From the human T2T-CHM13v2.0 reference genome, Homo sapiens: a DNA stretch of 64,000 nt. The stretch's first letter is position 1. The number at the start of each line of letters is the position of its first letter. Where the stretch lies: the NCBI RefSeq assembly GCF_009914755.1, contig NC_060943.1; one strand, 5' to 3'. Below are positions 49,601 to 63,500 of the stretch, piece after piece. A program made the position numbers and the translations under genes. The notes under the pieces were generated by a model that saw only the letters and a list, made by a program, of their open reading frames with translations, made no database searches and had not been told where the DNA came from.

Positions 49601-51500
49601 AGTTGAATGATCCTTTACAAAGAGCAGAGTTGAAACACTCTTTTTGCGGAATTTGCAAGTGGAGGTTTCAGCCCCTTTGAGTTCAATGGTAGAAAAAGAA
49701 ATATCTTCGTATGAAAACTAGACAGAATGATTGTCAGAAACTCCTTTGTTATGTGGGCATTTAACTCACAGAGTTTAACCGTTCTTTTCATAGAGCAGTT
49801 AGGAAACACTCTGTTTGTAACGTCTGCAAGTGGATATTCAGACATATTTGAGGCCTTCTTTGGAAACGGGCTTTCTTCATATTATGCTACACAGAAGAAT
49901 TCTCAGTAACTTCCTTGTGTTGTGTGTATTCAACTCACAGAGTTGAAGGATCCTTTACACAGAGCAGTCTTGAAATACTCTTTTTGTGGAATTTACACGT
50001 GGAGATTTCTGCCGCTTTGATGTCAATGGTAGAATAGGAAATATCTTCGTATAGAAACTAGACAGAATGATTCTCAGAAACTCCTTTGTGATGTGTGCGT
50101 TCAACTCACAGAGTTTAACCTTTCTTTTCATAGAGCAGTTAGGAAACACTCTGTTTGTAAAGTCTGCAAGTGGATATTCAGACCTCTTTGAGGCCTTCGT
50201 TGGAAACGGGATTTCTTCATATTCTGCTAGACAGAAGAATCCTCAGTAACTTCCTTTTGTTGTGTGTATTCAACTCACAGAGTTGAACGATCCTTTACAC
50301 AGATCAGATTTGAAACACTCTTTTTGTGCAATTTGCAAGTGGAGATTTCAGCCCCTTTGAGGTCAATGGTAGAAAAGGAAATATCTTCGTATAAAAACTA
50401 GACAGAATGATTCTCAGAAACTCCTTTGTGATGTGTGGGTTCAACTCACAGAGTTTAACCTTTCTTTTCATAGAGCAGTTAGGAAACAGTCTGTTTGTAA
50501 AGTCTGCAAGTGGATATTCAGAACTCTTTGAGGCCTTCGTTGGCAACGGGATTTCTTCATATTATGCTAGACAGAAGAATTCTCAGTAACTTCCTTTTTT
50601 TGTGTGTATTCAACTCACAGAGTTGAACGATCCTTTACACAGAGCAGATTTGAAACACTCTTTTTGTGGAATTTGCAAGTGGAGATTTCAGTCGCTTTGA
50701 GGTCATTAGTAGAAAAGGAAATATCTTCTTATAAAAACTAGACAGAATGATTCTCAGAAACTCCTTTGTGATGTGTGCGTTCAACTCACAGAGTTTAACC
50801 TTTCTTTTCATAGAGCAGTTAGGAAACACTCTGTTTGTAAAGTCTGCAAGTGGATATTCAGACCTCTTTGAGGCCTTCGTTGGAAACGGGATTTCTTCAT
50901 ATTCTGCTAGACAGAAGAATCCTCAGTAACTTCCTTTTGTTGTGTGTATTCAACTCACAGAGTTGAACGATCCTTTACACAGATCAGATTTGAAACACTC
51001 TTTTTGTGCAATTTGCAAGTGGAGATTTCAGCCCCTTTGAGGTCAATGGTAGAAAAGGAAATATCTTCGTATAAAAACTAGACAGAATGATTCTCAGAAA
51101 CTCCTTTGTGATGTGTGGGTTCAACTCACAGAGTTTAACCTTTCTTTTCATAGAGCAGTTAGGAAACAGTCTGTTTGTAAAGTCTGCAAGTGGATATTCA
51201 GAACTCTTTGAGGCCTTCGTTGGCAACGGGATTTCTTCATATTATGCTAGACAGAAGAATTCTCAGTAACTTCCTTTTTTTGTGTGTATTCAACTCACAG
51301 AGTTGAACGATCCTTTACACAGAGCAGATTTGAAACACTCTTTTTGTGGAATTTGCAAGTGGAGATTTCAGTCGCTTTGAGGTCATTAGTAGAAAAGGAA
51401 ATATCTTCTTATAAAAACTAGACAGAATGATTCTCAGAAACTCCTTTGTGATGTGTCCGTTCAACTCACAGAGTTTAACCTTTCTTTTCATAGAGAAGTT
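46680..51500 (+). repeat. Older hexamer/dimer mixed layer with diverged A-B-C units, ending in a 680 bp duplication
   Basis: B dimers at ~46800, ~47820 and ~49260; C dimers at ~47150 and ~48170; many singleton substitutions. Confidence 0.85.
50060..51456 (+). repeat. 680 bp (4-monomer) tandem duplication
   Basis: ORF offsets 50067->50747, 50304->50984, 50407->51087. Shared AGATCAGATT, TGGCAACGGG, TTCCTTTTTTTGTG, GGTCATTAGT. Confidence 0.93.
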
Positions 51501-54500
51501 AGGAAACACTCTGTTTGTATAGTGTGCAAGTGGACATTCTGACCTCTTTGAGGCCTTCTTTGGAAACGGGATTTCTTCATATTATGCTAGACAGAAGATG
51601 TCTCAGTAACTTCTTTGTGTTGTGTGTATGCAACTCACAGAGTTCAACCTTCCTTTAGACAGAGCAGATATGAAACACCCTTTTTGTGGAATTTGCAAGT
51701 GGAGATTTCAAGCGCTTTGGGGCCAAAGGCAGGAAAGGATATATCTTCATATAAAAACTAGACAGAATCATTCTCAGAAACTGCTCTGAGATGTGTGAGT
51801 TCAACTCACAGATTTTAACCTTTCTTTTCATAGAGCCGTTTGTAAACGCTCTGATTGTCAAGTCTGCAAGTGGATATTGTGACCTCTTTGTGTCCGTCGT
51901 TGGAAACGGGATTTCTTCCAATGATACTAGACAGAAGAATTCTCAGTAACTTCCTTGTGTTGTGTGTATTCAACTGACAGAGTTGAAACTTCCTTCAGAC
52001 AGGGCAGTTTTGTAACGCTCTTTTTGTGGAATTTGCAAGTGGAGATTTCAAGCCCTTTGAGGACAAAGGCAGAAAAGGAAATATCTTCGTATAAAAACTA
52101 GACAGAATTATTCTCAGAAACTGCTCTGTGATGTGTGCGTTCAACTCACAGAGTTTAACTTTTCTTTTCATTCAGCACTTTGGAAACACTGTGTTTGTAA
52201 TGTCTGCAAGTGGATATATTGACATCCTTGAGGCCTTCGTTGGAAACGGGTATTTTTCATGTAAGGGAGACAGAAGAATTCTCAATAACTTCCCTGTGTT
52301 GTGTGTATTCAACTGACAGAGTTGAACCTTCCTTCAGACAGAGCAGATTTGAAACAGTCTTTTTGTGTAATTTGCAAGTGGAGATTTCAAGCGCTTTGAG
52401 GCCAAAGGCAGAAAAGGAAATATCTTCGTATAAAAACTAGACAGAATGATTCTCAGAAACTGCTCTGTGATGTGTGCATTCAACTCACACACTTTAAGTT
52501 TTCTTTTCATTCAGCAGGTTGGAAACACTCTGTTTGTAAAGTCTGCACTTGGATATTTGGACCTCTTTGAGGCCTTCGTTGGAAACGGGTTTCTTTCATG
52601 TAAGGAGAGACAGAAGAATTCTCAGTAACTTCCTTGTGTTGTGTGCATTCAACTCACAGAGTTGAACGTTACCTTAGACAGAGCAGTTTTCAAACATTCT
52701 TTTTGTGGAATTTGCAAGTGGAGATTTCAAGAGCTTTGAGGCCAAAGGCAGAAAAGGAAATATCTTCGTATAAAACTAGACAGAATTATTCTCAGAAACT
52801 GCTCTGTGATGTGTGCGTTCAACTCACAGAGTTTAACTTTTCTTTTCATTCAGCAGTTTGGAAACACTCTGTTTGTAAATTCTGCAAGTGGATATATTGA
52901 CCTCCTGGAGGCCTTCGTTGGAAAAGGGTTTTTTTTCATGTAAGGGAGACAGAAGAATTCTCAATAACTTCCTTGTGTTGTGTGTATTCAACTGACAGAG
53001 TTGAACCTTCCTTCAGATAGAGCAGATTTGAAACACTCTTTTTGTGTAATTTGCAAGTGGAGATTTCAAGCGCTTTGAGGCCAAAGGCAGAAAAGGAAAT
53101 ATCTTCGTATAAAAACTAGACAGAATGATTCTCAGAAACTGCTCTGTGATGTGTGCATTCAACTCACAGAGTTTAACTTTTCTTTTCATTCAGCAATTTG
53201 GAAACACTGTGTTTGTAAAGTCTGCAAGTGGATATATTGACCTCTTTGAGGCCTTCGTTGCAAACGGGTTTTTTTCATGTAAGGCTAGACAGAAGAATTC
53301 CCAGTAACTTCCTTGTGTTGTGTGCATTCAACTCACAGAGTTGAATGTTCCTTTAGAAAGAGCAGATTCGAAACACTCTTTTTGTGCAATTTGCAAGTGG
53401 AGATTTCAAGCGCTTTAAGGTCAATGGCAGAAAATGAAATATCTTCGTTTCAAAACTACACAGAATCATACCCACAAACTGCGTTGTGATGTGTGCATTC
53501 AACTCACAGAGTTTAACCTTTCTTTTCATAGAGCCGTTTGTAAACGCTCTGTTTGTCGAGTCTGCAAGTGGATATTCTGACCTCTTTGTGGCGTTCGTTG
53601 GAATCGGGATTTCTTCCTATAATACTAGACAGAAGAATTCTCAGTTACTTCCTTGTGTTGTGTGTATTCAACTCACAGAGTTGAACGATCCATTACACAG
53701 AGCAGATTTGAGACACTCTTTTTGTGGAATTTGTAAGTGGAGATTTCAGCTGCTTTGGGGTCAACGGTAGAAAAGGAAATATCTTCGTATAAAAACTAGA
53801 CAGAATGATTCTTAGAAACTGCTTTGTCATGTGTGCGTTCAACTCACAGAGTTTAACCTTTCTTTTCATAGAGCAGTTAGGAAACACTCTGTTTGTAAAG
53901 TCTGCGAGTGGATATTCAGACCTCTTGAGCCCTTCGTTGGAAACGGGATTTCTTCATATTATGCTATACAGAAGATGTCTCAGTAACTTCTTTGTGTTGC
54001 GTGTATGCAACTCACAGAGTTCAACCTTCCTTTAGACAGAGCAGATATGAAACACTGTTTTTGTGGAATTTGCATGTGGAGATTTCAAGCGCTTTGAGGC
54101 CAAAGGCAGGAAAGGATATATCTTCATATAAAAACTAGACAGAATCATTCTCAGAAACTGCTCTGAGATGTGTGCTCTCAACTCACAGAGTTAAACCTTT
54201 CTTTTCATAGAGCCGTTTGTAAACGCTCTGATTGTCAAGTCTGCAAGTGGATTTTCTGACCTCTTTGTGGCCTTCGTTGGAAACGGGATTTCTTCCTATG
54301 ATACTAGACAGAAGAATTCTCAGTAACTTCCTTGTGTTGTGTGTATTCAACTGACAGAGTTGAACCTTCCTTCAGACAGAGCAGTTTTGAAACGTTCTTT
54401 TTGTGGAATTTGCAAGTGGAGATTTCAAGCCCTTTGAGGCCAAAGGCAGAAAAGGAAATATCTTCGTATAAAAACTAGACAGAATTATTCTCAGAAACTG

Positions 54501-57500
54501 CTGTGTGATGTGTGCGTTCAACTCACAGAGTTTAACTTTTCTTTTCATTCAGCAGTTTGGAAACACTCTGTTTGTAAAGTCTGCAAGTGGATATATTGAC
54601 CTCCTGGAGGCCTTCGTTGGAAACGGGGTTTATTCATGTAAGGGAGACAGAAGAATTCTCAATAACTTCCTTGTGTTGTGTGTATTCAACTGACAGAGTT
54701 GAACCTTCCTTCAGACAGAGCAGATTTGCAACAGTCTTTTTGTGTAATTTGCAAGTGGAGATTTCAAGCGCTTTGAGGCCAAAGGCAGAAAAGGAAATAT
54801 CTTCGTATAAAAACTAGACAGAATGATTCTCAGAAACTGCTCTGTGATGTGTGCATTCAACTCACAGAGTTTAACTTTTCTTTTCATTCAGCAATTTCGA
54901 AACACTGTGTTTGTAACGTCTGCAAGTGGATATATTCACCTCTTTGAGGCCTTCTTTGCAAACGGCTTTTTTTCATGTAAGGCTAGACAGAAGAATTCCC
55001 AGTAACTTCCTTGTGTTGTGTGCATTCAACTCACAGAGTTGAATGTTCCTTTAGACAGAGCAGATTTGAAACACTCTTTTTGTGCAATTTGCAAGTGGAG
55101 ATTTCAAGCGCTTTAAGGTCAATGGCAGAAAATGAAATATCTTCGTTTCAAAACTACACAGAATCATTCCCACAAACTGCGTTGTGATGTGTGCATTCAA
55201 CTCACATAGTTTAACCTTTCTTTTCATAGAGCCGTTTGTAAACGCTCTGTTTGTCAAGTCTGCAAGTGGATATTCTGACCTCTTTGTGGCCTTCGTTGGA
55301 AACGGGATTTCTTCCTATAATACTAGACAGAAGAATTCTCAGTAACTTCCTTGTGTTGCGTGTATTCATCTCACAGAGTTGAACGATCCTTTACACAGAG
55401 CAGATTTGAGACACTCTTTTTGTGGAATTTGTAAGTGGGGATTTCATCCGCTTTGAGGTCAACGGTAGAAAATGTAATATCTTCGTATAAAAACTAGACA
55501 GAATGATTCTTAGAAACTGCTCTGTGATGTGTGCGTTCAACTCACAGAGTTTAACCTTTCTTTTCATAGAGCAGTTGGGAAACACTCTGTTTGTAAAGTC
55601 TGCGAGTGGATATTCGGACCTCTTTGAGGCCTTCGTTGGAAACGGGATTTCTTCATATTATGCTATACAGAAGAGACCTCAGTAACTTCTTGGTGTTGTG
55701 TGTATGCAACTCACAGAGTTCAACCTTCCTTTAGACAGAGCAGATATGAAACACTCTTTTTGTGGAATTTGCAAGTGGAGATTTCAAGCGCTTTGAGGCC
55801 AAAGTCTGAAAAGGAAATATCTTCGTATAAAAACTAGACAGAATGATTCTCAGAAACTGCTCTGTGATGTGTGCATTCAACTCACACAGTTTAAGTTTTC
55901 TTTTCATTCAGCAATTTCGAAACACTGTGTTTGTAAAGTCTGCAAGTGGATATATTGACCTCTTTGAGGCCTTCGTTGCAAACGGGTTTTTTTCATGTAA
56001 GGCTAGACAGAAGAATTCCCAGTAACTTCCTTGTGTTGTGTGCATTCAGCTCACAGAGTTGAACGTTCCTTTAGACAGAGCAGATTCGAAACACTCTTTA
56101 TGTGCAATTTGCAAGTGGAGATTTCAAGCGCTTTAAGGTCAATGGCAGAAAAGGAAATATCTTCGTTTCAAAACTACACAGAATCATTCCCACAAACTGC
56201 TTTGTGATGTGTGCATTCAACTCACAGAGTTTAACCTTTCTTTTCATAGATCCGTTTGTAAACGCTCTGTTTGTCAAGTCTGCAAGTGGATATTCTGACC
56301 TCTTTGTGGCCTTCGTTGGAAACGGGATTTCTTCCTATAATACTAGACAGAAGAATTCTCAGTAACTTCCTTGTGTTGTGTGTATTCAACTCACAGAGTT
56401 GAACGATCCTTTACACAGAGCAGATTTGAGACACTCTTTTTGTGGAATTTGTAAGTGGAGATTTCAGCCGCTTTGAGGTAAACGGTAGAAAAGGAAATAT
56501 CTTCGTATAAAAACTAGACAGAATGATTCTTAGAAACTGCTCTGTGATGTGTGCGTTGAACTCACAGAGTTTAACCTTTCTTTTCATAGAGCAGTTAGGA
56601 AACACTCTGTTTGTAAAGTCTGCGAGTGGATATTCCGACCTCTTTTTGGCCTTCGTTGGAAACGGGATTTCTTCATATTATGCTATACAGAAGAGGCCTC
56701 AGTAACTTCTTGGTGTTGTGTGTATGCAACTCACAGAGTTCAACCTTCCTTTAGACAGAGCAGATATGAAACACTCTTTTTGTGGAATTTGCAAGTGGAG
56801 ATTTCAAGCGCTTTGAGGCCAAAGGCAGAAAAGGAAATATCTTCATATAAAAACTAGACAGAATCATTCTCAGAAACTGCTCTGAGATGTGTGGGCTCAA
56901 CTCACAGAGTTCAACTTTTCTTTTCATTCAGCAGGTTGGAAACACTCTGTTTGTAAAGTCTGCACTTGGATATTTGGACCTCTTTGAGGCCTTCGTTGGA
57001 AACGGGTTTCTTTCATGTAAGGCTAGACAGAAGAATTTTCAGTATCTTCCTTGTGTTGTGTGTATTCAACTGACAGAGTTGAACCTCCCTTCAGACAGAG
57101 CAGTTTTGAAACATTCTTTTTGTGGAATTTGCAAGTGGAGATTTCAAGCCCTTTGAGGCCAAAGGCAGAAAAGGAAATATCTTCGTATAAAAGTAGACAG
57201 AATCATTCTCAGAAACTGCTCTGTGATGTGTGCGTTCAACTCACAGAGTTTAACCTTTCTTTTCATTCAGCAGTTTGGAAACACTCTGTTTGTAAAGTCT
57301 GCAAGTGGATATATTGACCTCTTTGAGGCCTTCATTGGAAACGGGTTTTTTTCATGTAAGGGAGACAGAAGAATTCTCAGTAACTTCCTTGTGTTGTGTG
57401 TATTCAACTGACAGAGTTGAACCTTCGTAAAGACAGAGCAGATTTGAAACAGTCTTTTTGGGGAATTTGCAAGTGGAGATTTCAAGCGCTTTGGGGCCAA

Positions 57501-60500
57501 AGGCAGAAAAGGAAATATCTTCGTATAAAAACTAGACAGAATGATTCTCAGAAACTGCTCTGTGATGTGTGCATTCAACTCACAGAGTTTAACTTTTCTT
57601 TTCATTCAGCAATTTGGAAACACTGTGTTTGTAAAGTCTGCAAGTGGATATATTCACCTCTTTGAGGCCTTCGTTGCAAACGGAATTTCTTCCTATAATA
57701 CTAGACAGAAGAATTCTCAGTAACTTCCTTGTGTTGTGTGTATTCAACTCACAGAGTTGAACGATCCTTTACACAGAGCAGATTTGAGACACTCTTTTTG
57801 TGGAATTTGTAAGTGGAGATTTCAGCTGCTTTGGGGTCAACGGTAGAAAAGGAAATATCTTCGTATAAAAACTAGACAGAATGATTCTTAGAAACTGCTT
57901 TGTGATGTGTGCGTTCAACTCACAGAGTTTAACCTTTCTTTTCATAGAGCAGTTAGGAAACACTCTCTTTGTAAAGTCTGTGAGTGGATATTCAGACCTC
58001 TTGAGGCCTTCGTTGGAAACGGGATTTCTTCATATTATGCTATACAGAAGATGTCTCAGTAACTTCTTTGTGTTGTGTGTATGCAACTCACAGAGTTCAA
58101 CCTTCCTTTAGACAGAGCAGATATGAAACACTCTTTTTGTGGAATTTGCAAGTGGAGATTTCAAGCGATTTGAGGCCAAAATCAGAAAAGGTAATATTTT
58201 CGTATAAAAACTAGACAGAATCATTCTCAGAAACTGCTCTGTGATGTGTGCGTTCAACTCACAGAGTTTAACATTTCTTTTCATTGAGCAGTTTGGAAAC
58301 ACTCTGTTTGTAAAGTCTGCACGTGGATATATTGACCTCTTTGAGGCCTTCGTTGGAAACGGGTTTTTTTCATGTAAGGGAGACAGAAGAATTCTCAGTA
58401 ACTTCCTTGTGTTGTGTGTATTCAACTGACAGAGTTCAACCTTCGTAAAGACAGAGCAGATTGGAAACACTCTTTTTGTGCAATTTGGAAGTGGAGATTT
58501 CAAGCGCTATAAGGTCAATGGCAGAAAAGGAAATATCTTCGTTTCAAAATTAGACAGAATCATTCCCACAAACTGCGTTGTGATGTGTGCGTTCAACACA
58601 CAGAGTTTAAACTTTCTTTTCATAGAGCCGTTTGTAAACGCTCTGTTTGTCAAGTCTGCAAGGGGATTTTCTGACCTCTTTGTGGCCATCGCTGAAACGG
58701 GATTTCTTCATATTATGCTAGACAGAAGGTTTCTCAGTAACTTCTTTGTGTCCTGTGTATGCAACTCACCGAGTTCAACCTTCCTTTAGACAGAGCAGAT
58801 TTGAAACACTCTTTTTGTGGAATTTGCAAGGGGAGATTTCAAGCGCTTTGAGGCCAAAGGCAGAAAAGGAAATATTTTCGTACAAAAACTCGACAGAATC
58901 ATTCTCAGAAACTGCTCTGTGATGTGTGTGTTCAACTCATAGAGTTTAACTTTTTTTTTCATTCAGCAGTTTGGAAAAACTCTGTATGTAAAGTCTGCAA
59001 GTGGATATATTGACCTCTTTGAGGCCTTCGTTGGAAACGGGTTTTTTTCATGTAAGGCTTGAGAGAAGAATTCACAGTAAGTTCCTTGTGTTGTGTGCAT
59101 TCACCTCACAGGGTTGAAGGTTCCTTTAGACAGAGCAGATTGGAAACACTCTTTTTGTGCAATTTGCAAGTGGAGATTTCAAGCGCTTTAAGGTCAATGG
59201 CAGAAAAGGAAATATCTTCGTTTCAAAACTAGACAGAATCATTCCCACAAACTGCGTTGTGATGTGTGCGTTCAACTCACAGAGTTTAACCTTTCTTTTC
59301 ATAGAGCCGTTTGTAAACGCTCTGTTTGTCAAGTCTGCAAGTGGATATTCTGACCTCTTTGTGGCCTTCGTTGGAAACGGGTTTTTTTCATGTAAGGCTT
59401 GACGGAAGAATTCCCAGTAACTTCCTTGTGTTGTGTGCATTCAACTCACAGAGTTGAATGATCCTTTACACAGAACAGATTTGAAACACTCTTTTTGTGG
59501 AATTTCCAAGTGGAGATTTCAGCCGATTTGAGGTCAATCATAGAAAAGGAAATATCTTCGTATAAAAACAAGACAGAATGATTTTCAGAAACTGCTTTGT
59601 GATGTGTGCGTTCAACTCACAGAGTTTCACCTTTCTTTTCATAGAGCAGTTAGGAAACACTCTGTTTGTAAAGTCTACAAGTGGATATTCAGACCTCTTT
59701 GAGGCCTTCGTTGGAAACGGGATTTCTTCATATTATGCTAGACAGAAGATTTCTCAGTAACTTCTTTGTGTCGTGTGTATGCAACTCACAGAGTTCAACC
59801 TTCCTTTAGACAGAGCAGATTTGAAACACTCTTTTTGTGGAATTTGCAAGTGGAGATTTCAGCCGCTTTGAGGTCAATGGTAGAAAAGGAAATATCTTCG
59901 TAGGAAAACAAGACGGAAACTCCTTTGTGCTGTGTGCGTTCAGCTCACAGAGTTTAACCTTTCTTTTCATAGAGCAGTTAGGAAACACTCTGTTTGTAAA
60001 GTCTGCAAGTAGATATTCGGACCTCTTTGTGGCCTTCGTTGGAAACGGGATTTCTTCATATTATGCTAGACAGAATATTTCTCAGTAACTTCTTTGTGTC
60101 GTGTGTATGCAACTCACAGAGTTCAACCTTCCTTCAGACAGAGCAGATTTGAAACACTCTTTTTGTGGAATTTGCAAGTCGAGATTTCAAGCGCTTTGAG
60201 GCCAAAGGCAGAAAAGGAAATACTTTCGTATAAAAACTAGACAGAATCATTCTCAGAAACTGCTCTGTGATGTGTGCGTTCAACTCGCAGAGTTTAACTT
60301 TTTTTTTCATTCAGCAGTTTGGAAACACTCTGTTTGTAAAGTCTGCACGTGCATATATTGACCTCTTTGAGGCCTTCTTTGGAAACGGGTTTTTTCATGT
60401 AAGGATTGACAGAAGAATTCCCAGTAACTTCCTTATATTGTGTGCATTCAACTCACAGAGTTGAAGGTTCCTTGAGACAGAGCAGATTGGAAACACTCTT

Positions 60501-63500
60501 TTTGTGCAATTTGCAAGTGGAGATTTCAAGTGCTTTAAGGTCAATGGCAGAGAAGGAAATATCTTCGTTTCAAAACTAGACAGAATCATTCCCACAAACT
60601 GCGTTGTGATGTGTGCGTTCAACACACAGAGTTTAAACTTTCTTTTCATAGAGCCGTTTTTAAACGCTCTGTTTGTCAAGTCTGCAAGGGGATTTTCTGA
60701 CCTCTTTGTGGCCATCGCTGAAACGGGATTTCTTCATATTATGCTAGACAGAAGGTTTCTCAGTAACTTCTTTGTGTCCTGTGTATGCAACTCACCGAGT
60801 TCAACCTTCCTTTAGACAGAGCAGATTTGAAACACTCTTTTTGTGGAATTTGCAAGGGGAGATTTCAAGCGCTTTGAGGCCAAAGGCAGAAAAGGAAATA
60901 TTTTCGTATAAAAACTCGACAGAATCATTCTCAGAAACTGCTCTGTGATGTGTGTGTTCAACTCATAGAGTTTAACTTTTTTTTTCATTCAGCAGTTTGG
61001 AAAAACTCTGTATGTAAAGTCTGCAAGTGGATATATTGACCTCTTTGAGGCCTTCGTTGGAAACGGGTTTTTTTCATGTAAGGCTTGAGAGAAGAATTCA
61101 CAGTAAGTTCCTTGTGTTGTGTGCATTCACCTCACAGGGTTGAAGGTTCCTTTAGACAGAGCAGATTGGAAACACTCTTTTTGTGCAATTTGCAAGTGGA
61201 GATTTCAAGCGCTTTAAGGTCAATGGCAGAAAAGGAAATATCTTCGTTTCAAAACTAGACAGAATCATTCCCACAAACTGCGTTGTGATGTGTGCGTTCA
61301 ACTCACAGAGTTTAACCTTTCTTTTCATAGAGCCGTTTGTAAACGCTCTGTTTGTCAAGTCTGCAAGTGGATATTCTGACCTCTTTGTGGCCTTCGTTGG
61401 AAACGGGTTTTTTTCATGTAAGGCTTGACGGAAGAATTCCCAGTAACTTCCTTGTGTTGTGTGCATTCAACTCACAGAGTTGAATGATCCTTTACACAGA
61501 ACAGATTTGAAACACTCTTTTTGTGGAATTTCCAAGTGGAGATTTCAGCCGATTTGAGGTCAATCATAGAAAAGGAAATATCTTCGTATAAAAACAAGAC
61601 AGAATGATTTTCAGAAACTGCTTTGTGATGTGTGCGTTCAACTCACAGAGTTTCACCTTTCTTTTCATAGAGCAGTTAGGAAACACTCTGTTTGTAAAGT
61701 CTACAAGTGGATATTCAGACCTCTTTGAGGCCTTCGTTGGAAACGGGATTTCTTCATATTATGCTAGACAGAAGATTTCTCAGTAACTTCTTTGTGTCGT
61801 GTGTATGCAACTCACAGAGTTCAACCTTCCTTTAGACAGAGCAGATTTGAAACCCTCTTTTTGTGGAATTTGCAAGTGGAGATTTCAGCCGCTTTGAGGT
61901 CAATGGTAGAAAAGGAAATATCTTCGTATAAAAACAAGACAGAAACTCCTTTGTGATGTGTGCGTTCAACTCACAGAGTTTAACCTTTCTTTTCACAGAG
62001 CAGTTAGGAAACACTCTGTTTGTAAAGTCTGCAAGTGGATATTCGGACCTCTTTGAGGCCTTCGTTGGAAACGGGATTTCTTCATATTATGCTGGACAGA
62101 AGAATTCTCAGTAACTTCTTTGTGTCGTGTGTATGCAACTCACAGAGTTCAACCTTCCTTTAGACAGAGCAGATTTGAAACACTCTTTTTATGGAATTTG
62201 CAAGTGGAGATTTCAAGTGCTTTGAGGCCAAAGGTAGAAAAGGAAATATGTTCGTATAAAAAGTAGACAGAACCATTCTCAGAAACTGCTCTTTGATGTG
62301 TGCGTTCAACTCACAGAGTTTACCTTTTCTTTTCATTCAGCAGTTTGGAAACACTCTGTTTGTAATGTCTGCACGTGGATATACTGACCTCTTTGAGGCC
62401 TTCGTTGGAAACGGGTTTTTTTGATGTAAGGCTTGACAGAAGAATTGCCAGTAACTTCCTTGTGTTGTGTGCATTCAACTCACAGAGTTGAATGATCCTT
62501 TACACAGAACAGATTTGAAACACTCTTTTTGTGGAATTTCCAAGTGGAGATTTCAGCCGATTTGAAGTCAATCGTAGAAAAGGAGATATCTTCGTATAAA
62601 AACAAGACAGAATGATTTTCAGAAACTGCTTTGTGATGTGTGCGTTCAACTCACAGAGTTTCAACTTTCTTTTCATAGAGCAGTTAGGAAACACTCTGTT
62701 TGTAAAGTCTACAAGTGGATATTCAGACCTCTTTGAGGCCTTCGTTGGAAACGGGATTTCTTTATATTATGCTAGACAGAAGAATTCTCAGTAACTTCCT
62801 TGTGTTGTGTGTATTCAACTCACAGAGTTGAACGGTTCTTTACACAGAGCAGATTTGAGACACTCTTTTTGTGGAATTTGTAAGTGGAGATTTCAGCCGC
62901 TTTGAGGTCAGTGGTAGAAAAGGAAATATCTTCGTATAAAAACTAGACAGAATGATTCTCAGAAACTGCTTTGTGATGTGTGCGTTCAACTCACAGAGTT
63001 TAACCTTCCTTTTCATAGAGCAGTTAGGAAACACTCTGTTTGTAAAATCTGCAATTGGATATTCAGACCTCTTTGAGGCCTTCGTTGCAAACGGGATTTC
63101 TTTATGTTATGCTACACAGAAGAATTCTCAGTAACTTTCTTGTGTTGTGTGTATTCAACTCACAGAGTTGAACGATCCTTTAAACAGGGCAGATTTTAAA
63201 CACACTTTTTGTGGAATTTGCAAGTGGAGATTACAGACGCTTTGTGGTCAATGGTAGAAAAGGAAATACCTTCGTATAAAAACAAGACAGAAACTCCTTT
63301 GTGATGTGTGCGTTCAATTCACAGAGTTTAACCTTTCTTTTCATAGAGCAGTTAGGAAACACTCTGTTTGTAATGTCTGCAAGTGGATATTCGGACCTCT
63401 TTGAGGCCTTCGTTGGAAACGGGATTTCTTCATATTATGCTAGAAAGAAGAATTCTCAGTAACTTCTTTGTGTTGTGTGTATGCAACTCACAGAGTTCAA

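Noticed and set aside
58108-58503. Longest ORF (131 aa, minus strand)
   Set aside because: Chance read-through across adjacent monomers; it is made of the same repeat-derived peptides.
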